The notes beneath the pieces are model-generated. The model saw only the letters and a program-made list of their open reading frames with translations. It searched no databases and was not told the DNA's origin. Positions 50,327 to 63,342 of a stretch of 64,000 nucleotides of DNA are shown one piece after another. The translations under genes were made by a program, and so were the position numbers. How positions within the stretch are numbered: the stretch's first letter is position 1; the number at the start of each line of letters is the position of its first letter. Source of the stretch: Felis catus (lineage: Eukaryota); assembly GCF_018350175.1 (NCBI RefSeq), contig NC_058368.1, positions 2,232,001 to 2,296,000 on the forward strand, given 5' to 3'.

Positions 50327-52162
50327 ACACACATATTTTTGGTAGTTAATTGTAAATGTCACCTTGCCTGCCACCTTGTGAGATCCTTGAAGGTAGATGG
50401 TATCTACACATCTGATTTTCTCCACAGTGCCTTGTGAGTGGGAAATTTTCAATAGCTTTTTCTTGAGTGGATGTTTAAATGCTTCCGTTATGATCTAGCT
50501 ATTCTTCCTAACTTTTGGAGTCACCAACCGGATCACATTAGTTTTGATTTCTAAATGATTGTCACGTGTCCTAAGAAGGTGTTGATTCTACATGGGATCG
50601 AGAGGATGTTTCTGGTCTATTGCCTTGCCCTGAGATCATTCCACATTTTCAGGGAGGTAATAACATTTTCATTCTTTTGAGAATTTTTCTATCTTAAATG
50701 ACGAGACATGAGTTAATGTTCCTTTGCCTGGAATCACTAAGAACCTGCAACTTAGATTCCTTCCTTCCTTCTCCACCTTGGGCTGGTGATTTCTCACCAT
50801 CTCTGCTACTGATTGTGACAACAGAGTATCATTAAAGACTTTAGGCAGGGTAGTGGTGTGAGTGGAGTTACATTTTATCACAATCCCCCGGCCTGAGGGG
50901 GAAGAATGGACTGGAGGAAAGAAAGACTAGAGGCAGAGAGACCAGTTAGGATAATGCTGCAGTCATGCCAGCAACAGGTATGGTGGCCCGAACTTGGGTG
51001 TGGCAGTGAAGAGAGTGATAAGAAAGCTATTTAGGGCTCCAGATCAACTTCGACATACCCACTCTGCTCCAAAAACACTTCAATAGTAAATATAAATCTA
51101 AACATAGAAAACTAATCAGACCAACTCAGGTTCAAACCTCCAGTCCCAACTTCTATTGTCCCCAGCCCTCAATAAAGGGGACAGAAAAAAGTGCTCAACC
51201 CCTTGGATCATGGCTTTTAGGAGAGGCCGAAGGACACAGTGCAGCTCCCTGACCTGGAAGTAGACCAAACTGCCAGCTGTGACTCGATATGGTGTCCCTA
51301 TTATTCCCACCATCTAGGAACCTCAAAATGCCATTTCAAGTTCCAGTTTTGAACTACAAGATGGAGAAGAGTAAGGGCAGCTAGAGGCAGCTATGGAACC
51401 ATTAGACAGGGTTTACAGAAACCATGTGGATATGGAAAGAGTGAAGAAAAAAATACAAACTCACAAATTCAGAATCAAGTAACAATGCCCAAACCCACAA
51501 AGATACTAAGAAAGAATGCAGGGACGCGTGGGTGGCTTAGTCAGTTGAGTGTCCAACTCTTAATTTCAGCTCAAGTCATGATCTCACGGTTGTGGGATTG
51601 AGCCCCATGTTGGGCTCTGTGCTGGGCATGGAGCCTGCTTGAGATTCTCTCTCTCCCTCTCCCTTTTCCTCTGCCCCACCCCTGCTTGCAATTTCTCTCC
51701 CTCCAAAAAAAAAAAAAATCACACAAAAAATTTAATTCATTCAAAACAAAATTAATTTTACAAAGCAATCTTAAAAATACTTCCAAACTGTATATTGCAT
51801 GCCCAAAGAGGTAAAAGAATAACTTCTATCTAAATAGAACAAGAAAATATGAAACACAGAATAAACAAAAACGGAAAAAGAGCAGGTGCATTTGAAAAAT
51901 ATTTAGGAATCTTCAAGATAATGAAATATTGTTGTCAAATTTAAAAAATTGATAAAATAAGTATAATCTGGACACCAGAGAAGAGGGACTTAGCAAGTTG
52001 GAAGACAGTGCTGAGTAACTCATACAGAACACAACACAGTTTTCTTTAAATATGAAAAACACATGGAAAAACACTTATATTAGCAGGCTTCAACATAAAT
52101 CTTTACTAAGAGTTCCAGAAGGGGGTGTCTGGGTGGCTCAATTGGTTGAGCTTCCAATTCTT

Positions 52163-52401
52163 TTTTTTTTTTTAACTTCTTTTTATTTTATTTTTGTATT
52201 TATTTATTTTAATATAATTTGTCAAGTTGGCTAACATACAGTGTATACAGTGTGCTTTTGGTTTGGGGGGTGGATACCCAAAATCCTAGAGGAGAAAACA
52301 GGCAACAATCTCTTTGACCTCAGCCGCAGCAATTTCTTGCTCCACACATCTCCAAAGGCAAGGGAAATAAAAGCAAAAACAAATTATTGGGACTTCATCA
52401 A
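52163..52401 (-). mobile_element. 5'-inverted (twin-primed) short L1 inserted into a Can-SINE
   Basis: Minus-strand L1 tail (52163-~52274) joined to a plus-strand ORF2 piece (KILEEKTGNNLFDLSRSNFLLHTSPKAREIKAKTNYWDFIK); TSD GAGCTTCCAATTCTT (52148-52162) and GAGCTTCCAACTCTT (52402-52416). Confidence 0.88.
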
Positions 52402-53229
52402 GAGCTTCCAACTCTTGATTTCCGCTCAGGTCATGATCTCATGGTTCATGAGTTCAAGCCCTGCATTGGGCTGTGTGCTGACAGTGTGGGGCCTTGCTTG
52501 GGACTGTCTCTCTCTCGCTCTGTCTCTGCCCTTCCCCTTCTCTCTCTCTCTCTCTCTCTCTCAAAAAATAACTAAAAAAACTTTTTATTTAAAAAAAAAA
52601 AAAGAGTTCCAAAAGAAGAGCATGAGGGGGCGCCTGGGTGGCTCAGTCAGTTAAGCGTCCGACTTCAGCTCAGGTCACGATCTCGCGGTCCATGAGTTCG
52701 AGCCCCGTGTCAGGCTCTGGGCTGATGGCTCAGAGCCTGGAGCCTGCTTCCGATTCTGTGTCTCCCTCTCTCTCCGCCCCTCCCCCGTTCATGCTCTGTC
52801 TCTCTCTGTCTCAAAAATAAATAAAACGTTAAAAAAATTTTTTTAATAAAAAAAAAAGAAGAGAATGAGAATAATATTAAAGAAGCAAGTTTTGAAGAGA
52901 TTATACATGAGAGTATTTCATAATTGAAGAAAGATGGAAGTCTTATGTTAAAATGGCACTTCAATATCAACCAGGATAAATAATGATAAATCTTTACCTA
53001 GACAAAGAGTAGTGAAACTATTGAACGTTTAGGAAAAAGGAAAAACTCTTATAGAATTCCAGGCATAAAAGTTAAATTACCAAAGAAACACCGATTAGAC
53101 TGATGACTGACTTCTTATTGGCCATGACAGATGCCAGAAGAGAATAAAGTAATATTTTCAAAGTGCTGAGAGAAAATAATATCCTTAAATTTTATCCCCA
53201 GAGAAACGATTACTTAAGAATAAAGACAA

Positions 53230-54032
53230 ATTGAAAATGCCATCAATGGAATGGGAGCAAATACTTTGAATCATATATCTGCTAAGGGATTGATATCAAG
53301 AATATATAAAGAGCCCCTACAACTCCACAACAACAAAATCAGACAACTCCATTAAAAAGTGAGCAAAGGAGTGCTCACTTCCGCAGCACACACACTAAAA
53401 AGTGGGCAAAGGAGTTGAATAGATATTTCTCCAAAAAGTTATATACAAATGACCAATAAGCACATGAAAAGACACTCAACATTACTAACCATTAGGAAAA
53501 TGCGAAACAAAAAAATGAGATACCACTTTACACCCATTAGGATGGCTATTCTGAAACAAACAACAAGGGTTCCTGGGTGGCTCAGTTGGTTAAGCATCTG
53601 GCTTTGCTCAGATCATGATCTCATGGCTTATGAGTTCAAGCCTCGTATCGGGCTCTCTGCTGTCAGCACAGAGCCCGCTTTGGAGCCTCTGTCCCCCTCT
53701 GTCTCTGCCCCTTCCCCACTCGTTCTCTATCTCAAAATACATAAAAAACAACAACAACAAGAGAAGAAAATAACAAATTTTGAGGATATGAAGAAACTTG
53801 GAACACTTGTATGCTGCTGGTGGGAATATAAAATATATTTATATATAAACAGAAAATATAAAACTTGTGTGGCTGCTGTGGAAAACATATGGCAATCCCT
53901 CAAAAAATTAACCACGGAATGATCCTATGATCTACTTCTGGTGTATCCCCCAGAGAAAAAAAGCAGGGACTCACACAGATATTGTACACCCACGTTCATA
54001 GCAACACTATTCACAATTGTTGAAAGGTGGAA
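53230..54032 (+). mobile_element. L1M ORF2 3' remnant carrying U6 and SINE insertions
   Basis: MTNKHMKRHSTLLTIRKMRNKKMRYHFTPIRMA in ORF 53449..53922 resembles the L1 ORF2 C-terminus. Confidence 0.8.
53371..53400 (+). pseudogene. 3'-truncated U6 snRNA retrocopy (first 30 nt) with target-site duplication
   Basis: GTGCTCACTTCCGCAGCACACACACTAAAA vs U6 5' end GTGCTCGCTTCGGCAGCACATATACTAAAA (26/30); flanked by TAAAAAGTGAGCAAAGGA and TAAAAAGTGGGCAAAGGA. Confidence 0.88.
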
Positions 54033-54260
54033 ATGAAGACACCATCCAAACACCCGTCTTATCAGTTCAGAGCACTAGAGGTCATTTCATCCCCAGGCAT
54101 AGCTGAAGGAACCAAGAACACATAGGCCTAGGCTCAAGGGATGGGAATGCTTGCTTATCATCAAAGGAACTTGTAGAACAAGTAGTTAATCAGCAATTAC
54201 CCTACAGATATTATCACCACATGTTCCTAATGAAATCTCATTTTTTTAATGTTTATTTTT

Positions 54261-54306
<46 letters not shown>

Positions 54307-54682
54307 ATCTGAAGCAGGCTCCAGGCTCTGAGCTGTCAGCACAGAGCCCAAGGTGGGGCTCAAACCCGTGAACTGTGAGATCATGACCCGAGCTGAAGTT
54401 GGACGCTTAACCGACTGAGCCACCCAGGCGCCCCTATTAGAAAATAATTTTCAATATGCAGAGAAGTTACGAAGATGCTACAGACAGTTCCCATATAACC
54501 TTCACCCAGCTTCTCTAACGTTAGTATCTTACGCAACGATGGCGTAATTCTCAAAAGTAAGAAATGAACCCTGGTACGACACTTTTCACTAAACTACAGG
54601 CTGGTTTTTACCAGTTTTTTTGCTAATGTAATTTTCTGGTCCAGGATTTGCATTTAGTTATCATGTCTTCTTAGTCTCCTTC

Positions 54683-55116
54683 TGTGCACTCAAACTGCAG
54701 TAGGTGACTGATGTCAGCCTTCTGTGACCCCTTCAAGAGACCTCAAGGAAATATCAAAAGCAGGAGGAACCGGGAAGCCAGTTAAGCAGAAGCATGCAGG
54801 CAATATTTTTGGACAATCAGATATGATAGAAACGTAATGTATTAAGATGCCCTACGGGTCTTTCTCATGTCTATGTGGAAATCCGAAAACCTTAAGTTTT
54901 ACAACCAAAGTATACCTTGTGAAGCTTACAAGCACATATACCCCTATACGCTTTACATTCTAGAATCCCCTGTTTTTAATTCTAGAATCGCTTTTAATTC
55001 TGGAAGCTGTGGAGCAGTTCTTCAGGGCAATCGGAAAAGCTCCCGGTCTACTGTCCTCAGGAGCATAATGAATAAAGTGCTTCCTAACCTACTTGGAGGT
55101 TGGCTTTCAGTCGACA
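54683..55116 (+). mobile_element. Solo LTR (ERV1-like), 434 bp
   Basis: TG...CA termini with imperfect inverted ends (TGTGCACTCAAA and TTTCAGTCGACA), 4-bp TSD CTTC on both sides, AATAAA ~45 nt before the end; splits an older L1M fragment. Confidence 0.8.
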
Positions 55117-56093
55117 CTTCTTTCTCTGACTTTGTCAGACATTCCTTGCCTTGCATGGAGAAACACTTTTGAAAAGGACTGGTCAGGTATTTTGTGGAAG
55201 GCCCCTCAATTTGGGTTTGTCTGATGCTTTCCCTTGACTAGACTGGGGCTATGGGTTTGGGGGAAGAAAGCTGCAGAGATGATGTGCTGTTCCCCTCCGA
55301 TCATGTCGGTGTGGACATGCTCTTACTGGTAATATTAGTCTGGCCTCCATGCCTTGGATAAGATGCTGTCGCTACCGTGAAGTCACAATTTCTCTCTTTC
55401 CTTACACTATTCACTGGAAAACAGTCATTAAGTCTGGCCGCACTCACGGAGTGGGCAGTTAAATTCTACCTCCCGGAGGGAGGAATGTCAAAGGATGTGT
55501 GGACATCTATTCCAACCGTTAACAGTCATTGGAGGTACTTTGAGGCTATGCAAATATCCTGTTTCTCTGTGAGGTTTCTCAAATGTTAACATCCATCTGG
55601 GGACCTGGGCTGCGGCGAGGCCTTTTGCTTTGCTGCATCGCTGACTAATGATCTGTTTCTTAACTAATGAGATACAGCCAAAAAGGGAGTCCAGAGATTC
55701 AGCTGTCACGATGAGATGACAGATAGATTCCTGACCCTGATGACCGCAAGAGTTTCTGGTTTGGTTACGTTTATGTTTGCACATCTGGAAGTCTGTCCTC
55801 CAGAAAGCGTCTTGGCCGCTTGTTCATCTATCAGTCCAGGCATGTGTCACTGATTGCATTTAGCCGACAGAGAAGAGTCTGGGTGTGGCTGCTGCCGTTG
55901 GAAACATCGATTGACTCCTTGTTGGAGGAGAGAGGAGAGCGGATTTCAGGAAACATTCACAACTCCACAGTCTCCACTGTTGTGATCTCTCTCTCTCTCT
56001 CTCTCTGATCACTTTGAATTAAGAGCTGACAAGTTCTCGGAAAACAAAAGCAGAAAGGACACACCAACTCGACAGGAGATGGATAGACGCCAC

Positions 56094-56096
<3 letters not shown>

Positions 56097-56137
<41 letters not shown>

Positions 56138-56172
56138 TATATGTGAGCGAGTGTGAGTGTGAATGTGTGTGT
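56097..56172. repeat. (TG)n microsatellite with degenerate extension
   Basis: Directly visible. Confidence 0.95.
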
Positions 56173-58439
56173 ACAGGGGGTCCAGCTTTTGGAACTGCCC
56201 TGTAATCATTCTGTTTGTCCCTATATAATACACTCAGGTATCTCTCCTATGTATGATTATTTAATTAAACACAGTCACTTTTGGGGTGCCTGGTGGCCCA
56301 GTCGGTTAAGTATCCAACTCTTGACTTTGACTCACATCATGATCCCAGGGTTGGGGGATCAAGCCCCAAGTCGGGCTCTGTGCTGAGCGTGGAGTCTGCT
56401 TAAGATTCTCTCCCCCCACTTTCTCTGCCCCTCTACCCCGCTCGCCTGCATGTGCTTGCTCTCTCTCTCTCTCTCTCTCTCTCTCAAAACAAACAAACAT
56501 AGTCACTTCCCCCAGACTGCAAGCTTTTTAAAAGAGTGACTAGGTCTGGTTTGCTTAGCACTGATAGCCCAGTGCATTGCCAGGGACATAAAAGGCACGA
56601 AATCATATTAAATGATCAAATGAATGATAAGTACCCTGGAATTATGTATGTCCATGCTTTCCTGATTCTTCTAGAACTCCCCATAACTTCAATCACAGAG
56701 GCAGTCTTGTATATGATGGTTATATTCTCTAGGTTATTAGAATAGTGTTATAGTTTATATTATGAGGTGAAAAAAAATTTGTGGATGAGCCTAGGGATTG
56801 AACTTTAATATAGAGCCCTATTCAGGATAAATTGACTTTGGGCAGACTAGAAAAAAAATTGTGGAGTCAGTGATATTTGGACTCAGATTCCAGCTTCGTC
56901 ACTTATCAGCCATGTAGTATTGGGAAATTTGTCTCAGCTCCCTGAGACTTTTTTCCTTTGTATACCAGGGGTAATAGTCTCTATCTCAGCATTTGCCAGG
57001 ACTAGATGAAGTTTTAAGTACAATGTAGGCATATGGGTATTAATGTAGTATACGTAAAACAAGTATATGTATGTACTTGTCTGTATATATACACACATGT
57101 ATATACACACATACATTTTCATATGTATATATGAATCCGTCTGTTTATCCTCTACCTATATTATATATCTATAGTTCCTGGTATATATATAGCAACTGTA
57201 TCAGTCAGGGGCCACATTAAGTATTTCAACAGAGTGTACTATGAAGGAATGGGTCAAACAGGTGTTAGAGAACTAACAAAGCAAAGGGAAAGCGCAGGGA
57301 AAGCACCTGCAGCAAGGGCTACCACTCCCAAGGCCAGGGGCACAAAGGGGAGAGGTCAGGTGTGTTAAGATCTAGAAGCTTGGGGGAAAGGCCCTGTCCT
57401 GCTCAGGGAGGGGGACGCCTGCCAGTCAGTACTGGCCCTCCAGGACACAATGGGCTGGTTCTGGGAGCTTCACGACCATAACAACAAGAGCCCGAGACTG
57501 GTACCAGCAGCTGCCAGGGCGAAGGCTGTGACCGTGGGGACACCGCCAGGACAGCAGGCCAACGGGAGCTGCTCCAGCCCCGAAGAACCTCCCAGCGACG
57601 GGGAACAGGCTTTGCAGGGGCCGCCCAGCATCAGAAAGCAGAGGGTGTGCAAGGGAGGGGTGGGAGCCGAGAGACAATAGCTCAGTGACCGGCGAAATCA
57701 TGTAACTCTAGGCGATTCTTTGATCATTTTGGCAGCTGCCTAGAATTCCACGGTGCAGCTGCAGAACAGTTTATTTACCCGTTTTCATGCTGCTGGGTAT
57801 TCAAGTCGGGTCCAGGGTTTTCTTATCTGGAATGATGCTGCAATGAGCGTTTCTTTAATATTCTTTGGATGGTGAAACTTGCGGTTGGGGAGGGCTTTAT
57901 GACGTTCCACAGACAATAACGGAGTTATTAATCGGTACTCTTTTCCTGCAATATTGGATGTCTCATAATTATGTAAATCCAGGTGGTATAAATGCTATAA
58001 CCAAAATATCTTCTGTTCCCATCCTTTTGGGAATAAAACTCTTACAGAAGGACGATTAGCCCCTCAGGGAGTGCCCCGAACAGAGAGTTTCAATAAAGAT
58101 TTGATGGCAGTGCTGCTGAGGACGTAACCTCCCCCAGTTCCGGTGCATTAGCTGCAGATTCCAAAGATTAATTTCCTTCCTCGCTGAATCTAACCAAACA
58201 CAAATAGCACATGTTAGTGGTAAATATGGTAACTTACTGTGTTTATTTCTCCGAGAGCGGGTAAATATTTAGCTAAGGCATGTCAGTCCAAGGTCAGTCC
58301 AAGGTCTCCCAGAGTGCTTCTCCTTTAACAAGGAAGTCCTCTTTGAAACGTTCTGTAATTTTCTATACATTTGCTTGGTTTTTCTCTTAAAGATCATGCT
58401 TGGTGCTCAGGGCAGGTGAAACATTTTGGAAAAGCAAGA

Positions 58440-58453
58440 GTGCCATCTGGTGG
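58440..58453 (-). promoter_or_regulatory. Candidate CTCF binding site
   Basis: Minus strand CCACCAGATGGCAC fits the core consensus CCASYAGRKGGCRS; lies in apparently non-repetitive DNA. Motif match only. Confidence 0.5.
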
Positions 58454-60037
58454 AACGTTGGTATTTAATTTTCTTCTTTCTTTCTTTCCCTTTTTCTCTT
58501 TCTTTCTTTCTTTCGTGATTTTAAATTAACTGTAGAGCTACTACAGAAGATTTGCAGGATTCTTTAAATTATTTTCAATATTAATTTTTCTTTTTAAACA
58601 CCTCATCCTTTTGGCATTGGGGTAGTATTAGTGTTGATTTGCATCCCAGCTTTTGAGCCCAGGTAATTTCCATGAAATGAAATTTAATGTTCAACACGTG
58701 CATTTGCAGATACCGATTCTGCTTCGCTTTGGTACCCTGTTGGTAGGGAGGGTGGGGTCTGGAGAAAGATTGCACGTGTCAGTAAGAGAAGGATTCCAGG
58801 CCCTAGTGCTTTGACTCGTACGTGGGATCCTTACGGGCTTAGAAAGGAAGACGCAGGACCCAAAGACCTCGCTAGCTGCTCTCTGGCCAAATCTTCCTTC
58901 TCTTCCACCTCCTGGCCCCACGCAGAAGTATAAGACGTGCCGTAGCAAGGGGAGGAAAAAAATAAAGTATGCAAGTCAGATTCAGACCTCTTCCATAGCT
59001 CTTAATTTATTCCTTTCGAATACACTTGTGGAAAAAGGTTAAGCATATTGAATTTTTGGAGGAATTTGCCTAGTTGCATCCTTTTTTTGGCCAGGCAGCC
59101 AACTTCTTGAAAGTTCTCCTGAAGCCTGTTTGAGTTCTACCTTGCCCTGCATGCCTCTAGAGACTCCTGAACTGGTTGTAGTTTACATAATTTCAGTTTG
59201 AGGAGAAAGAATCTACCCGGTACCTTCCCATTCTTCTGAGAGCGGCAGTCCGCTGTTTTGGAAAAGGCCCCTGCTCGGCCACACTCCGACCACGCGGCCT
59301 CCTAGAAGCTGGCACCCTCTGGCCACAGTTGATTGGTCTGGGCTGGAACCTGATGCGGATGGCCAGCCAATCAGCACCATTCCCAGGAGTTTCTGAATTT
59401 CAGAGAGAGCAGAACTGGTCCTTTTCTGGTGCATGTGCAGTGAAAAGAGAATGAAATTGTTACCCAGACAGAGCAGAGCAAAGGATGGTAAAGTTCCGGT
59501 GGTTTTCAAGTCCTTGGTTGGAGTTTTTCTAAGTCTCAGCTGCTCCTCTGACTTTCCCAGGGCTTGACTATGTGACACAGTTCCAAAAAGTTCCTCTTTT
59601 GTCTAAGTCTAACCTGTTTCAGAGTAGTTTTCTACAGGGGCGTCTGGATGGCTCAGTCGCTTGAGTGTCCGACTTCGGCTCAGGTCATGATCTCGTGGTC
59701 CATGAGTTCGAGCCCCATGTTGGGCTCTGTGCTGACAGCTCAGAGCCTGTTCCAGATTCTGTTTCAGATTCTGTGTCTCTCTCTCTCTGCCCCTCCCCTG
59801 CTCATGCTCTGTCTCTCTCTGTCTCTCTGTCAAAAATAAATAAACATAAACAAAATTTAAAAAAAAGAATAATTTTCTACCGTCTGTGTCCAAGAGTCTT
59901 AACGAATGAATACACATGGAAGGACCACATCAAGGTCACAGAGTGATCAGGAAAGGTTGGCCAGACCAGAGTATTTCAAAAAGATATGTGCATATACCCT
60001 TTTAGGTGATGATAAAGTTGTATGAAGAAAAAGTGGA

Positions 60038-60257
60038 GGGGCGCCTGGGTGGCGCGGTCGGTTAAGCGTCCGACTTCAGCCAGGTCACGATCTCGCGGTC
60101 TGTGAGTTCGAGCCCCGCGTCGGGCTCTGGGCTGATGGCTCAGAGCCTGGAGCCTGTTTCCGATTCTGTGTCTCCCTCTCTCTCTGCCCCTCTCCCGTTC
60201 ATGCTCTGTCTCTCTCTGTACCAAAAATAAATAAATGTTGAAAAAAAATTTTAAAAA
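60038..60257 (+). mobile_element. Young felid Can-SINE (SINEC_Fc-type)
   Basis: CpG-rich tRNA-derived head, (CT)n tract, A-tail; perfect TSD AAGAAAAAGTGGA. Confidence 0.93.
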
Positions 60258-62248
60258 AAGAAAAAGTGGAATAAGAAGATGGAGAGGGGTTGGAGATCCC
60301 CAATGCCAATGGACATTGTGAGAGTCTCTTTGGTAAGAATAGCTTGAGAGAGGGTAGAGGCTGAGAGAGGGGGATCCCATGGAAGACCCAGCGTCAGAAC
60401 AGTGTAGCTAAGTGAATAGCAGGGGCAAACATCTCGAGGCAGGAGTGAGCTTGTAGTTCCAGAAGAAACAAAATGGCCACGATGGCCAAGCAAGAGGAAG
60501 AAGAATGGGCGGCAGGATGGGGACAGTCGGGACAGGGCCTGGAAGAACCTTGAGACCATGGTAACATTCATATTTTATTGTTACAGGAGGCCTTCGAAAG
60601 TAACCTAAATATGTTATTTACTTTTTTAGTGGTGGTGCCAGAGTTTTCAATATACATTTACAACTAATCACGCCCTCTTTCAGAGAACACTATACACTTC
60701 ATGTACGACAGGGTGTTCCCAATTTCTCCCTCACACCCAATAATGATAGCATTGCTGTCATTTCATTTCACTGATCTATAAACTGGTGATCCAGAATCAC
60801 CCAAGACATTGTTGCTATTATCGTTTTGAGCAAACCGTCATCTGTTAAATCAATAAAGAATGAGAAAAAAAAAAAAAACCTTCACTTATTCCTTCTCTAA
60901 TGGTCTCCCTTTATGTAGAGCTGAGTTTCTGACTTACATAATTTTTTTTCTTTCTTAAGAATTTCTTTTACCATTTCTTGCAAAGCTGGAACCCTGGCAA
61001 CAGATTCCCTGAATTTTTGTTTGTTTGCTTCACTTTTGAAGGATGATTTTGCTAGATAGAAAATTCTAGGTTGGTGGGTTTTTTTTCTCCCAACTCTTTT
61101 TTTTTTTTTTTTAACATATATTCATTTTTGAGAGACAGAGAGAGACAGAGCATGAGCAGGGAGGGGGAGAAAGGGAGACACAGAATATGAAGCAGGCTTC
61201 AGGCTCTGAGCTGTCAGCACAAAGCCCGATGTGGGGCTCGAACTCATGAACTGTGAGATCATGACCTGAGCCGAAGTTGGACGCTTAACCGACTGAGCCA
61301 CCCAGGTGCCTCCTTTTTCTTCCAACTCTTATACTCCATTCTCTTCTTGCTCACATGGTTTCTGAAGAGAAATCCAGTGTATGAGCCTGGGAGAAAAAAG
61401 TTTTTGGATATATTAATATTCTATTAAATTATAACATGAAGCCATCTCATTAGGTGATGTTGCCTGCATCAGATCCTATTAGTTTTGCTTTATATTGGAC
61501 CTCAGGTCCATAGCGTTGAGTTAGTCATACTCCTTATTTTGAGGCACGCTATCATTATTGGTCTCATTTTATTTCACTGCTGTTTGCTTTCCTCTTTATT
61601 CCTTTTTCTCATCGCCATTCCCTCCCCTCCTCCCCTCTGCCAATGTGGTTGTTCTTGTATTTTAAATTTATGTAAGTTGTATTTGCTATCAATCTTATTT
61701 TTTTCTGTTTTAAACTCAATATTATATTTTGAAGATCTATTCATGTTCCATTTTATAGCTCTATTTTGTACCTAGTATTCCATAGCATGCACTCCCCACA
61801 TTTTACTTATGCAGCTCATAGTGGTGGACACCTGTGTTCCTTCACCTTTCCCCCAGTTAATACTGGGATGAACATCTTTGTATATGCCCTCATGGAGGTG
61901 TGTGCTTGTTTTACTGAGGGCATCTATCCAGGAGTGAGACTTCTGAGTCACAGGGTGAACACGTACTTAATTTCACTTAAGACCACCAGATTGTTTTAGA
62001 AAACAGCAGCATAGGAGGGACTCCGTCTCTCCATGTCTACACGAACATTTGGTATTATCAGAATCCTATTTTTCGCCAGTCTGATAAGTGTAAATTGATA
62101 TCTTGTTGTTTTAATTTGTATTTCTCTGATTGCTAGTGAGCAAAGGTTTCTTTTTCAGTCACTCAGATCCATCTCCTACTTACTACTTCGTTTTCCTTTC
62201 GTGAGTGACCCAAATCGGTATTAACTGCTTATTTTCCTACCAAGAGCC

Positions 62249-62251
<3 letters not shown>

Positions 62252-62316
<65 letters not shown>

Positions 62317-62352
62317 TCATCCACCCATCCATCCATCCATCCATCCATCCAT
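62252..62352. repeat. Compound (TTTC)n(ATCC)n tetranucleotide microsatellite at a SINE tail
   Basis: Directly visible; abuts a short minus-strand SINE. Confidence 0.95.
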
Positions 62353-63298
62353 TCATTTCATGTAAGCTCTACGCCCAACATGGGGCTTGAACTCATGACC
62401 CCAAAATCAACAGTTGCATGTTGTACCAACTGAGCCATCCGAGAACCCCTCATTTATCTACTTTTTTGTTGTTATATATATATATTCAATATTGTACTGA
62501 CCCTTGGAGGTATTTTGGAAATATATAGATATTTTTCTTTTTTGGATCTTCTAGCAGAGTAGTGCCTGAACATATGCATATTGATTACATGTTATTTTAT
62601 TATAAATTCTTTAAAACATTTGTTAGTGCTTTATGTTATTTTTTAAAAACCTGTGTGTCAGAAGGTTATATTACCTATGAATTTTATTTCAGGAGAGGAA
62701 AAAGGACATTACAAAATATTTTTAAAAAATAGTGATGGTGGTAGGGAAGATATTGGGTCTCATCAGATTGAGAACCACTGATCTAGATATTAATCCCTTG
62801 TTGACTTCTGACATTTCCAAATATGTTTTCTCAACTTACCATTGGCTAACCTGGTCTGTATTATACATTATGGTATCTTAAAAAAATAGATTGAGATATA
62901 ATTCACATACCATATGGTTCAACCATGTAAAGGATAAACTTCAGCATTCATTGGTATATAACATGACTAATTTTTAAAAATTCTGTAAAATATATAACAA
63001 CATTTTCCATTTTAACCATTTATAATGTTTATTTTTAAATTTGTTTTTGAGTGAGAGAGACAGAGAGAGAGAGAGAGCACAAGCTGGAGAGGGGCAGAGA
63101 GAGAGAGAGGGAGAGAGAGAATCCCAAGCAGTCTCCATGCTGTCAGTGAAGCGCCTGATGTGGGGCTCAAACTCACAAACCATGAGATCATGACCTGAGA
63201 CAAAACCAAGAATCAGATGCTTAGCCAGTTGACCCAGCCAGGTGCCCTATTTTAACCATTTGAAAAACAATTTTTTTTAATGTTTTATTTATTTTTGA

Positions 63299-63342
<44 letters not shown>

